The translations under genes and the position numbers were made by a program. Positions 32,838 to 41,251 of a stretch of 64,000 nucleotides of DNA are shown piece by piece (positions within the stretch are counted from its first letter, which is position 1; each line of letters opens with the position of its first letter). The DNA is from Nautiliaceae bacterium (GTDB taxonomy: Bacteria > Campylobacterota > Campylobacteria > Campylobacterales > Nautiliaceae), in contig JBDONT010000043.1 of NCBI GenBank assembly GCA_039831155.1, forward strand, positions 224,001 through 288,000. The letters are read 5' to 3'. Below the pieces are notes generated by a model. That model did no database searches. It was not told the origin of the DNA and was given only the letters and a program-made list of their open reading frames with translations.

Positions 32838-34039
32838 AAAATTTTTTCAAACAAATAAACTTAATACCTATAGAAAACACCTCGACATTTAAAAACGTAC
32901 ATTTAGCCCAAGTTTTTCTTTTAAAAATTAACCTTTTATCTTTTGGAAAAGGCTTTAGCAAAAAAGAGGCTTTAACTTCTGCTTACGGGGAGATGTGTGA
33001 GAGGATTTTAACAAGAAATTTTTTGGAAGAGTATTATATCCCCACACTTCATAAAGACGCCATAATAACAGAAAGGTTTTTAACTCAAAAACTTTATGAT
33101 ATTTACAAAATAGAAGAGCTTGAAAAAGAGGATTTAATAGATTTTAACACCGATATATTCGAAATACTCTCTATCCCCTTCACAAACCCAAAAATCGGAG
33201 AAATTGTCTATTTTCCTATAAATTTGATCCAAAACCTATACGCAAGTAACGGAATGGCTTTTCATACGGATTTAAAAAAAGCCTACTATAACGCAAAAAC
33301 AGAAGTAATAGAAAGATTTGTAAAATATGAAGTCGTAAAATACGGACTTTCTCTTCCTAAAATCGACCACCCTTTTAATAATAACCAAATACAGATATAC
33401 GACGCCACACTAGGAGGTAAATATCCGGTAATAGCCGCTTTATACAAAAATAAAGACAAAATTATTTTATCTTTCGGATGTGATTTGGATTTTGAAACGG
33501 CTGTTAAAAAAGCGTATCTTGAACTTATGCAAACCTCCTTAAAAAACAGCGGGAAAATTTGCGAAGATATAGAAAGCGTAAAAGACTCGGCAAATCTTAT
33601 CAGACACTTTATAGATTTAAGTGGAGATATCCATAGTAACTTTTTTAAAAAGCCCTACTTTAAAACATCAAAATGGAACTTTAAAGATTTAAACGTGTTT
33701 AAAGAAGATGAATTCATAAGAATTTACAAATATAAAAATTACCAAGCCGTCCATTTGATAATTCCTTCAATCAGTGAAGTTTATCCCATTGAAGATTTAG
33801 CATACAACAACATCAACAAAGGCAAATTCATAAGAGCCGATATCCTAAACAGAACCAACAAAGAGTACATTTTGGATTACTTAAACCAACATATGGTTAT
33901 AGACATAGGAGCCTTTATAGGAGTAAAATTCGATAAACACTACTTTCCTCAAGATATAGACGAACTTTATGAGGGTTATAAATTTGCAGATTCATATCTT
34001 CAGATACAAAAATTAGCAAAGGTTTTAAATGAGATTTGA
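32834..34039 (+). CDS. YcaO-like protein
   Basis: GKG...ALTSAYGEMCER, NLYASNGMA, EVIERFVK, HFIDLSG, PSISEVYPIEDL. Confidence 0.85.
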   Translation: MKNFFKQINLIPIENTSTFKNVHLAQVFLLKINLLSFGKGFSKKEALTSAYGEMCERILTRNFLEEYYIPTLHKDAIITERFLTQKLYDIYKIEELEKEDLIDFNTDIFEILSIPFTNPKIGEIVYFPINLIQNLYASNGMAFHTDLKKAYYNAKTEVIERFVKYEVVKYGLSLPKIDHPFNNNQIQIYDATLGGKYPVIAALYKNKDKIILSFGCDLDFETAVKKAYLELMQTSLKNSGKICEDIESVKDSANLIRHFIDLSGDIHSNFFKKPYFKTSKWNFKDLNVFKEDEFIRIYKYKNYQAVHLIIPSISEVYPIEDLAYNNINKGKFIRADILNRTNKEYILDYLNQHMVIDIGAFIGVKFDKHYFPQDIDELYEGYKFADSYLQIQKLAKVLNEI

Positions 34040-34655
34040 CAGATGTAAAAAACTTTTTTCTAAATTCGAACATCTCCAAAACTTAAAAATACTCATATGT
34101 GGAGTCGGGGGAGTCGGGGGATATGCTCTTGATTGTCTATACAGAAGTGGAGTAAAAAATATAACCATTATAGATTTTGATACGTTTGACAAAACAAACC
34201 AAAACCGTCAAATAGGAAGTGAATTCGTAGGAGAAAAAAAAGTTGAGGTATTGACAAAACTATACCCCCCAATAACTCCCATAGATATGAAATTATCCCC
34301 TCAAAACATTGAGACTTTGGATTTAACCCCATATGACATAATAATAGACGCAATAGACGATTTAAACGCAAAAATAGCCCTTATAAAAAAAGCTCATCCC
34401 AAAATAATCTCTTCAATGGGAGCTGCAAAAAGAATAGACCCTACCAAAATAAGAATAGAGAGTATTTGGAAAACTCAAAACGACCCCTTTGCCAAAAAAG
34501 TAAGAGACAGACTAAAAAAAGAGAATTTTAAAAAAGATTTTAAGGTGGTTTTTTCGCTAGAAAAGCCTATTAACTGCGATATGGGAAGTTTTGTAGGGGT
34601 AACGGGAGCTTTCGGATTTGCTTTATGCAGTGAAGTTTTAAAAGATTTCGTATAA
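34029..34655 (+). CDS. tcdA: tRNA threonylcarbamoyladenosine dehydratase (ThiF/E1 family)
   Basis: GVGGVGG, IDFD...TNQNRQI, DAID, SSMGAA..IDPT, T.NDPFAK.VR, GSF..VT..FG. Confidence 0.85.
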   Translation: MRFDRCKKLFSKFEHLQNLKILICGVGGVGGYALDCLYRSGVKNITIIDFDTFDKTNQNRQIGSEFVGEKKVEVLTKLYPPITPIDMKLSPQNIETLDLTPYDIIIDAIDDLNAKIALIKKAHPKIISSMGAAKRIDPTKIRIESIWKTQNDPFAKKVRDRLKKENFKKDFKVVFSLEKPINCDMGSFVGVTGAFGFALCSEVLKDFV

Positions 34656-34682
34656 TGCAAATCCCAAAAAGGGATTAGCATT
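34654..34682. terminator. hairpin between convergent tcdA and the TRAP binding-protein gene
   Basis: AATGC-A-AATCCC-AAAAA-GGGATT-A-GCATT, one mismatch. Confidence 0.6.
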
Positions 34683-35769
34683 TGTCGTATTTAAAGTCTG
34701 CGTCTCTTGTATCCAAGAACCATTTAGCCCCGACATCAGTCCATTTTCTTGTATCCGGGAAGAATTTTTGAATATTTTCATACACTTTAGCAAAATCTCT
34801 ATTTTTATTAGCGTTTTCTTCAAGAATTTTTTTAATCGCTTTTTTAGCAGCTTCATTAACGTCTTTTGGAAATTCACAAAGTTTTACTCCGTATCTTCCA
34901 TTCATTATCTGTTTTAAAGCTACACCGTTTCTGTATTGGAATTCTGCAAGCATTCTTGCATTCATCTCATTTGCAGCAGTTTCAATAATTGCCTGATGTT
35001 CTTTAGAAAGTCTTTCAAATTTTCTTTTATTAAATGTAAGTTCAAGGTTTGTACCAGGTTCGTGCCAACCGGAATAATAATATTTCGCAACTTTATAAAA
35101 TCCCATCTTAATATCAAGAGCCGGTCCTACCCATTCAGTTGCGTCAATTACGCCTCTCTCAAGTGAAGTATAAAGCTCACCTGCCGGGATATTTACCGGT
35201 TTTACTCCAAGGGCAGCCATTACTTCTCCACCAAGCCCCGGAATTCTCATTTTAAGACCTTTTAAGTCTTTTAAAGATTTAATAGGTTTTCTAAACCAAC
35301 CACCCATTTGATTACCGGTATTTCCACCTTTAAAAGGAATTAAGTTATATTTAGCGTAAAGCTCTCTCCAAACTTCCATTCCTCCACCAAAATCAAGCCA
35401 AGCCATCATTTCATCCGCTATCATTCCGAAAGGATACGCCGTAAATAAACTAAATGCCGGATTTTTGCCTTTCCAGTAATATGGACCTGAATGAAACCCG
35501 TCTATAAGTCCGTTACGACAAGCATCAAACACTTGAAGTGCCGGTACAAGTTCGTTTGCTCCGTATACTTTTATTTTTAAGCTTCCACCACTAAGTTCTT
35601 CTACTCTTTTTGCAAAATATAAAATCCCATCACCCATAATAGGTAAAGTTTTTGGCCAAGATAGTGCAATTTTTAGAGTTTTAGTTGTTTTAGCATACAA
35701 ATTAGTAGTAAAGCCGCTTGCAACAACCGCACCGATTCCGGCAGTTTTTAAAAACTTTCTTCTATCCAT
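34675..35769 (-). CDS. TRAP transporter substrate-binding protein (DctP/TakP-like) with Tat signal
   Basis: MDRRKFLK twin-arginine, GNTGNQMGGWFRK, KMRIPGLGG, EWVGP, GWHEPG. Start set at ATG 35769. Confidence 0.92.
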   Translation of the reverse strand: MDRRKFLKTAGIGAVVASGFTTNLYAKTTKTLKIALSWPKTLPIMGDGILYFAKRVEELSGGSLKIKVYGANELVPALQVFDACRNGLIDGFHSGPYYWKGKNPAFSLFTAYPFGMIADEMMAWLDFGGGMEVWRELYAKYNLIPFKGGNTGNQMGGWFRKPIKSLKDLKGLKMRIPGLGGEVMAALGVKPVNIPAGELYTSLERGVIDATEWVGPALDIKMGFYKVAKYYYSGWHEPGTNLELTFNKRKFERLSKEHQAIIETAANEMNARMLAEFQYRNGVALKQIMNGRYGVKLCEFPKDVNEAAKKAIKKILEENANKNRDFAKVYENIQKFFPDTRKWTDVGAKWFLDTRDADFKYDKC

Positions 35770-35863
35770 TTTTTCTCCTTTTATCGAATTTTTACACGAT
35801 AATAATACCAAAGTTTTTAATTTTCAGTATAATATAATAAAAATTTTACAAAAAAGAGAGAAA

Positions 35864-36970
35864 ATGAGCGAGGAGATTATTAATATAGAAAGTGATTACG
35901 ACACTCTAAAAGAAGAAAACAAAAAACTAAAAAAGGAAATAAACTACCTAAGACAGATAAAAGACGCCTTGGATAAAACCACAATTATCTCCAAAACGGA
36001 TACAAAAGGAATTATCACCGATGTAAACCCTATGTTTGAAAAAATATCCGGATATACAAAAGATGAGCTGATAGGTAAAAATCACAACATAGTAAGACAC
36101 CCCGATATGCCGAAATCTTTATTCAAAAAACTCTGGTCTACTATAAAATCCGGAAAAATTTTTAAAGGGGTTATCAAAAACAGAAAAAAAAACGGAGATT
36201 CATATTATGTCTTAGCAAATGTAATTCCGATAAAAGACGAAAACGGAAATATAATCGAATATATTGCAATTAGGCAAGATATTACAAAAAGAATGCTACT
36301 TTTAGAAGAAAAAGAAAAATTTACCAATTCGTTAATTAAGTATTTTTTAAATAAATTAAAAGAACCTACTTTAGTAATAAATAAAAACAGTGATATCATA
36401 TCTCAAGAGCTTCAAAAAGGAAATCCTAATTTAAATATAATAAAAAAAGCAAATTTAGAAATAAAAAAAGAAGGATTAATTTTAAAAAGAAGTTATGAAG
36501 TTCTGTTTTTCATATTGAAAATTAAAAGTAAAAACATAAGATTAAATATAGAACCTCTAAAAATACCTTCCGTTTTAAAACATCTTTACAATAAATTCGC
36601 CCCCGTCTATCTTCAAAAAAAGATAAACATAAAACTTTTAAAAAAAGATTTAATAATAAATACCGACAAAACTCTTTTTACATTAATGCTTGAAATTTTA
36701 CTTATGAACGCATTAACTTACTCAAAATCAAAAGTGGAAGTAGAAGTGTTTTTAGAAAATTCAAAACCGTTTATCACTATAGACCACGACGGAGAACCTA
36801 TAAAAGACCCTCAAAAAATATTTGACTTTTTTAATCAGATAAAAAATTCTCAAAACGTAGGAATGGGAATGTTTTTGGTTAAAAAAATATGCGACATACT
36901 AGGATACGATATAAAAATAAAAAAGACAAAAATCTTTTTGGAATTAAAAATCTTGCCTCCTAAATTTTAA
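35864..36970 (+). CDS. cytoplasmic PAS-domain protein with a degenerate histidine-kinase module
   Basis: PAS (SKTD.KG.IT.VN..F..ISGY...ELIGKNHNIVRHPDMP), then LLMNALTY / DHDGE / GMGMFLV; the H-box lacks His. Confidence 0.75.
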   Translation: MSEEIINIESDYDTLKEENKKLKKEINYLRQIKDALDKTTIISKTDTKGIITDVNPMFEKISGYTKDELIGKNHNIVRHPDMPKSLFKKLWSTIKSGKIFKGVIKNRKKNGDSYYVLANVIPIKDENGNIIEYIAIRQDITKRMLLLEEKEKFTNSLIKYFLNKLKEPTLVINKNSDIISQELQKGNPNLNIIKKANLEIKKEGLILKRSYEVLFFILKIKSKNIRLNIEPLKIPSVLKHLYNKFAPVYLQKKINIKLLKKDLIINTDKTLFTLMLEILLMNALTYSKSKVEVEVFLENSKPFITIDHDGEPIKDPQKIFDFFNQIKNSQNVGMGMFLVKKICDILGYDIKIKKTKIFLELKILPPKF

Positions 36971-38091
36971 TAAAAAACGGCTATTACCGCATAGCTTAAA
37001 AAAATCATAAGGTGAGAGAGACCTTCAAGATAGTTTGTCTCTCCGTCTTCCGTAGTTTTCCAAACAAGTAAAATGGTAAGCAATAAAGCCCCTACCTGAA
37101 GAGGAGTAAAATCCAAAGTAAGTTTAACTCCCACTAAAATAGAAAGGAAAATTAAAGCCGGTACCGTTAAAAGAATACTAACCGTACTAGCCCCCATAGC
37201 AATATTTATAACCCTTTGCATTTCATCATTTTTAGCCGCTCTAATAGCAGTAAAAAGCTCCGGTGCAACCGTCACAAAAGCAATTAAAATTCCTACAAAC
37301 CCGGCAGTCAGTCCGAAACTGTTAAAAACAACCACCCCGTCGTTTGCAAAAATTTCTGACAATCCTCCTATTACCACAAGTAAAAACGCTAAAAACAGAA
37401 TATTAAAAAGATTACTTTTTTTATCGAAATAGTAATCGTCGTCTTCATCTTCTTTTATATATTTTTTTATTCTGCTTCTTTTTGTAAATTTAAAAAAGTG
37501 AACGTGAGTTCCGGTTTGAAATCTAAAAATAAAGAAATAAAACACTACAAGTAACAGTGCTATAATAAAACTAGCCTTAAATAAAGCTTCATCACTTGAA
37601 TGAAGAGAAATTGTAGTCGGTACAAGAAGCATAGCAGCCGCTACAAAAAGTACGGTCGTATAACTAGCCGAAGTGTCTTCGTTATGAACCTGTTCTTTAA
37701 AGCTAAGTCCTCCCACAAAAACGGCAAGTCCTAAAAGGGCGTTTAAATCAACTATTACCGTAGCGATAATTCCGTTTTTAACCGTTTCTAAAACTTCCGG
37801 GTGATGTTTCGCTTCCATAACAACCATAAACAAAATCAAAATTTCAACCAAAACAGCACTAAACGTTAAAATCATACTACCAAACGGCTCTCCGAATCTC
37901 TCTGCCAAAATTTCGGCTATTTCAGAAATTGTAACCGCAATACTTCCTATTCCTATCGCTGCAAAAATAGTAGCCAAAAGATGAAATCCTTGAAAATGAA
38001 AAATAATTGCAAAAGGTATTGAAGAAAATCCGACAAAAATATCCCAATAATCCTTAAAAGTTTCTAAATATTTGTTCTGCGAATGTTCCAA
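36967..38091 (-). CDS. Ca2+/cation (CaCA, ChaA-like) antiporter
   Basis: About 11 TMs, SAVLVE and TVAPE alpha-repeats, central acidic loop EDEDDD, GETNYLEG. Confidence 0.8.
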   Translation of the reverse strand: MEHSQNKYLETFKDYWDIFVGFSSIPFAIIFHFQGFHLLATIFAAIGIGSIAVTISEIAEILAERFGEPFGSMILTFSAVLVEILILFMVVMEAKHHPEVLETVKNGIIATVIVDLNALLGLAVFVGGLSFKEQVHNEDTSASYTTVLFVAAAMLLVPTTISLHSSDEALFKASFIIALLLVVFYFFIFRFQTGTHVHFFKFTKRSRIKKYIKEDEDDDYYFDKKSNLFNILFLAFLLVVIGGLSEIFANDGVVVFNSFGLTAGFVGILIAFVTVAPELFTAIRAAKNDEMQRVINIAMGASTVSILLTVPALIFLSILVGVKLTLDFTPLQVGALLLTILLVWKTTEDGETNYLEGLSHLMIFLSYAVIAVFY

Positions 38092-38092
38092 T

Positions 38093-38578
38093 CTAACTCC
38101 TTAAAAAATGATTTGCTTTTTTTATTAAATAAACATCGCCAAAATTTTTGAAAAATCCGTGTGCTTTTTTTAAAGATGTGATTTTATCAAATTCACCCAA
38201 AAAAATCTCTATTTTTACCCCTTTTAAATTCTTAATTTTTTCCCAATCATAAGTAAAAAGCCTTTTTAAATCCTCTTCAGTGCATTCTCCTAAAAACTTT
38301 TCATTAAAATATCCTGCTTTTTTAAAGAAATTTTCAATATACTTCTTTTTATCGTTTCTAAAAGCTTTTAAATTAATTTCTATAATCTTGGGAAAATAAT
38401 CAAAAAAAGCCGGAGAGAGAAGTTGAAGTTTATCTATTCTCTTAGACGAATTTAAGACATAATCCAAAGCCTTTTGAGCACCGTAACTAAACCCGGCTAC
38501 TACAAATTCACCATCTTCCAAATAATCCTTAAAAAGAACAGATTCGTCTTTTAAACAAAACCCACTAAAATATTTCAT
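38093..38578 (-). CDS. bioV: BioV-type pimeloyl-ACP methyl ester esterase (alpha/beta hydrolase)
   Basis: FSGFC, AGFSYGA (GxSxG), LQLLSPAFF, G..DKI, terminal NHFL. Confidence 0.7.
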   Translation of the reverse strand: MKYFSGFCLKDESVLFKDYLEDGEFVVAGFSYGAQKALDYVLNSSKRIDKLQLLSPAFFDYFPKIIEINLKAFRNDKKKYIENFFKKAGYFNEKFLGECTEEDLKRLFTYDWEKIKNLKGVKIEIFLGEFDKITSLKKAHGFFKNFGDVYLIKKANHFLRS

Positions 38579-40043
38579 TTTTCAATTTCTCAAAATCTTC
38601 TTTATGAATTACCTCTTTTTCCAGCAAAACTTTATAAACCTTTTCTATTAAATTTACATTTGAACTGTAAAGAACCTTAACTTCAGAGTAAGCGTCATTT
38701 AAAATTTTAGCAACTTCTGCATCGTTTGCGACTAAACTATCCCCCATAGCATAATCTTGAACCATTTTTATTGCAAGTTCTCTGGCTTTTTTTAAATCCA
38801 AATGAGCATTTGAGTATTTTTCGTTAAACTTCTCTTCAACCCCCACTCTTCCTGCCAAATAAACCTGAATTTTATTCATCATTTCCGTTTTTGAAACTAT
38901 CTCTTTGTCTTCTTCTTTAAAATCGTCCTTTACAAGAGAAATTCTCTCAAAATCCACACTAAGCCACTCTGCAACTACAGCTTTACAAGCTTGATAGTAA
39001 CTTAATATCTCTTTTTCTTTAGGGTTATAGGTTTGAAGTCTCTTTTTACCTACCAAAACTTTATCTTTTACGGCATAAAAATCACTCTCTTCAACATAAT
39101 GTTTACCCTGTTTTAGAGCATAAATACTAGCCTCATTTACAAGACTCGCAAGTGCCGCCCCACTAAATCCCACCGTCATTTTAGCTATGTTTTCAAGGTT
39201 ACCTTTAAAAGGTTTGTTTTTTAAATGCACTTTTAAAATCTCAATTCTGTCTTTTAATCCCGGAAGTTCGACATAAACTCTCCTATCAAACCTTCCCGGT
39301 CTAAGAAGAGCTTCGTCTAAAAGCTCCACTTTATTCGTAGCACCTATTACGATAACACCCTCACTTCCTTCAAATCCGTCCATTTCGGTTAACAGCTGAT
39401 TAAGAGTCGATTCTCTTTCGTCGTTTCTCATATTTCCCCTAGCTTTTCCTATAGCGTCAATCTCATCTATAAAAATAATACTAGGAGCCATAGCTTTTGC
39501 TTTAGAAAACAAATCCCTAACTCTTTTAGCCCCCACACCTACATACATCTGCACAAAACTACTCCCACTCTGATAAAAAAACGGAACACCGGTTTCTCCG
39601 GCCAGGGCTTTTGCAATTAACGTTTTACCGACTCCCGGAGGTCCCACAAGAAGTACACCTTTTGGAAGATTAATTCCAAAAGCTTTATATTTTTGAGGAT
39701 TTTTTAAAAAGTCCACAATCTCAACCAACTCTTCTTTAACTTCGCTAATTCCTGCCACATCTTTAAATGTTACGTTTGACGTTGTAGGTTTTATTACAAA
39801 GTCTTTATCTATCCCCGTATCCATTTGAACCTGAACTTGTTGAGGAGGAGGTGCTTTTGGTAACGATTTTCTCAAAAGCACAATCAAAAGCACAAAAAAG
39901 CCTATTATAATCATAAAAGCGATAAGCTGGGTAACTATTGTTTTTATATCGACTTCACCATACTTAATCACTGCAGCTAAAAGTAACGATAATAAAATGG
40001 AAACGATTACCCAAACCACAAGTGAATTTTTATTCTTCTGCAT
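38565..40043 (-). CDS. FtsH-like membrane AAA+ ATPase lacking the protease zinc motif
   Basis: Two TMs, GPPGVGKT, IIFIDEID, LLRPGRFDR; YYQACKA where FtsH has YHEAGHA. Confidence 0.85.
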   Translation of the reverse strand: MQKNKNSLVVWVIVSILLSLLLAAVIKYGEVDIKTIVTQLIAFMIIIGFFVLLIVLLRKSLPKAPPPQQVQVQMDTGIDKDFVIKPTTSNVTFKDVAGISEVKEELVEIVDFLKNPQKYKAFGINLPKGVLLVGPPGVGKTLIAKALAGETGVPFFYQSGSSFVQMYVGVGAKRVRDLFSKAKAMAPSIIFIDEIDAIGKARGNMRNDERESTLNQLLTEMDGFEGSEGVIVIGATNKVELLDEALLRPGRFDRRVYVELPGLKDRIEILKVHLKNKPFKGNLENIAKMTVGFSGAALASLVNEASIYALKQGKHYVEESDFYAVKDKVLVGKKRLQTYNPKEKEILSYYQACKAVVAEWLSVDFERISLVKDDFKEEDKEIVSKTEMMNKIQVYLAGRVGVEEKFNEKYSNAHLDLKKARELAIKMVQDYAMGDSLVANDAEVAKILNDAYSEVKVLYSSNVNLIEKVYKVLLEKEVIHKEDFEKLKNEIF

Positions 40044-41244
40044 AGTTTACTTCCTTTATTTCATAGTCTTTTATTTTTACCCACGCCCCTTTTAAATCCT
40101 TTTGAGATTTGATTCTCATTTTATTATAGTATTCGTCATACCCTTCGAAACAACCGTTTTTATAATTCTCCACGTGCACTAAAAGAGGATGTTTATGGCT
40201 TTTTCTAAATTCATAATTACTCTTTTTTACTATCTCTTCTATAATTTTAGCACGTTTTTTCGCTACGTCTCCTCTTACGTCCATTTTTAAAGTAGCCGAC
40301 AAAGTCCCCTCCCTTGGTGTAAATCTAAATACGTGAATATGTGTTAGAGGGTATTTTCTAAAATTTTCCAAAGCCTCTTTAAAAATCTCTTCGCTCTCTC
40401 CTGGATGTCCGACGATAAAATCGGTACCTAAAGCTATACCTTTAGAGGCCAGTTTCTCAAAAAGAGGTAGTGTGGTTGAGACTCTGTTTCTTCTTTTCAT
40501 AATTCTAAGCATCTTATCGCTTGTATGCTGTAAAGCGATATGAAGATGTTTTTCTAAAATCCCGTTTTGGGTAAGTTCTATCAACCTATCGTCAATTTGA
40601 GTCGGTTCTAAAGAACCCAATCTTATTCTTTTAACCCCTCTTATATTACTCATCTTTTCTATAAGCTCGGATAAAGAAGTTCCCCTATCCTTTCCATAAC
40701 TTCCCATATTAATTCCCGTTAACACAAACTCACTAATTCCGTTTCTTGCCAAAACCTCAACCTGATTTAAAATAACATCCTCTTTTAAAGACCTTGAATG
40801 ACCTCTGACTTTCGGAATAATGCAATAAGCACACTCAAAATCACACCCTTCCTGAATTTTTACAAAAGCTTTGGTTTTTGAAAAACTTGTTATTATTTTA
40901 CCGTTTACAAAATCAAAATCCCCTAATTTAATCCCCTCAAAATCCAAAAACTTATCTATCTCTTCTTTATATTTATGCCCCAAAACGGCTTTTACCTTTT
41001 TTTCTTTAAAAAGTTTTTCTCCTTGAGTATAAGCTGCACAACCGGTTAAAATAATCTTTTTATCGCTATGTTTATTAATATATTGTCTTAAATCCCTATC
41101 GGCAAAATTCGTAACCGTACAAGAATTGACAATAATTAAATCGGCTTCCTTTTCATTTAAAACCACATTATCCAGTAAGTTTTTCATAATTTCACTATCG
41201 TACAAATTACTCCTACACCCGAACGTCTTTATATAAATTTTCAT
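40030..41244 (-). CDS. mtaB: tRNA t6A37 methylthiotransferase
   Basis: TFGCRSN.YDS, NSCTVT, TGCAA, KIQEGCDFECAYCIIP.VRG.SRS. Confidence 0.9.
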   Translation of the reverse strand: MKIYIKTFGCRSNLYDSEIMKNLLDNVVLNEKEADLIIVNSCTVTNFADRDLRQYINKHSDKKIILTGCAAYTQGEKLFKEKKVKAVLGHKYKEEIDKFLDFEGIKLGDFDFVNGKIITSFSKTKAFVKIQEGCDFECAYCIIPKVRGHSRSLKEDVILNQVEVLARNGISEFVLTGINMGSYGKDRGTSLSELIEKMSNIRGVKRIRLGSLEPTQIDDRLIELTQNGILEKHLHIALQHTSDKMLRIMKRRNRVSTTLPLFEKLASKGIALGTDFIVGHPGESEEIFKEALENFRKYPLTHIHVFRFTPREGTLSATLKMDVRGDVAKKRAKIIEEIVKKSNYEFRKSHKHPLLVHVENYKNGCFEGYDEYYNKMRIKSQKDLKGAWVKIKDYEIKEVNYAEE

Positions 41245-41251
41245 TTCACTC

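Noticed and set aside
34100..34121. GGAGTCGGG tandem repeat with G5 runs in tcdA
   Set aside because: It encodes the GVGGVGG nucleotide-binding loop; in frame and too short for a typical poly-G contingency tract.
32834..34655. RiPP (azole/thioamide) biosynthetic cluster
   Set aside because: No precursor peptide, transporter, protease, dehydrogenase or TfuA nearby; the E1 protein looks like TcdA.
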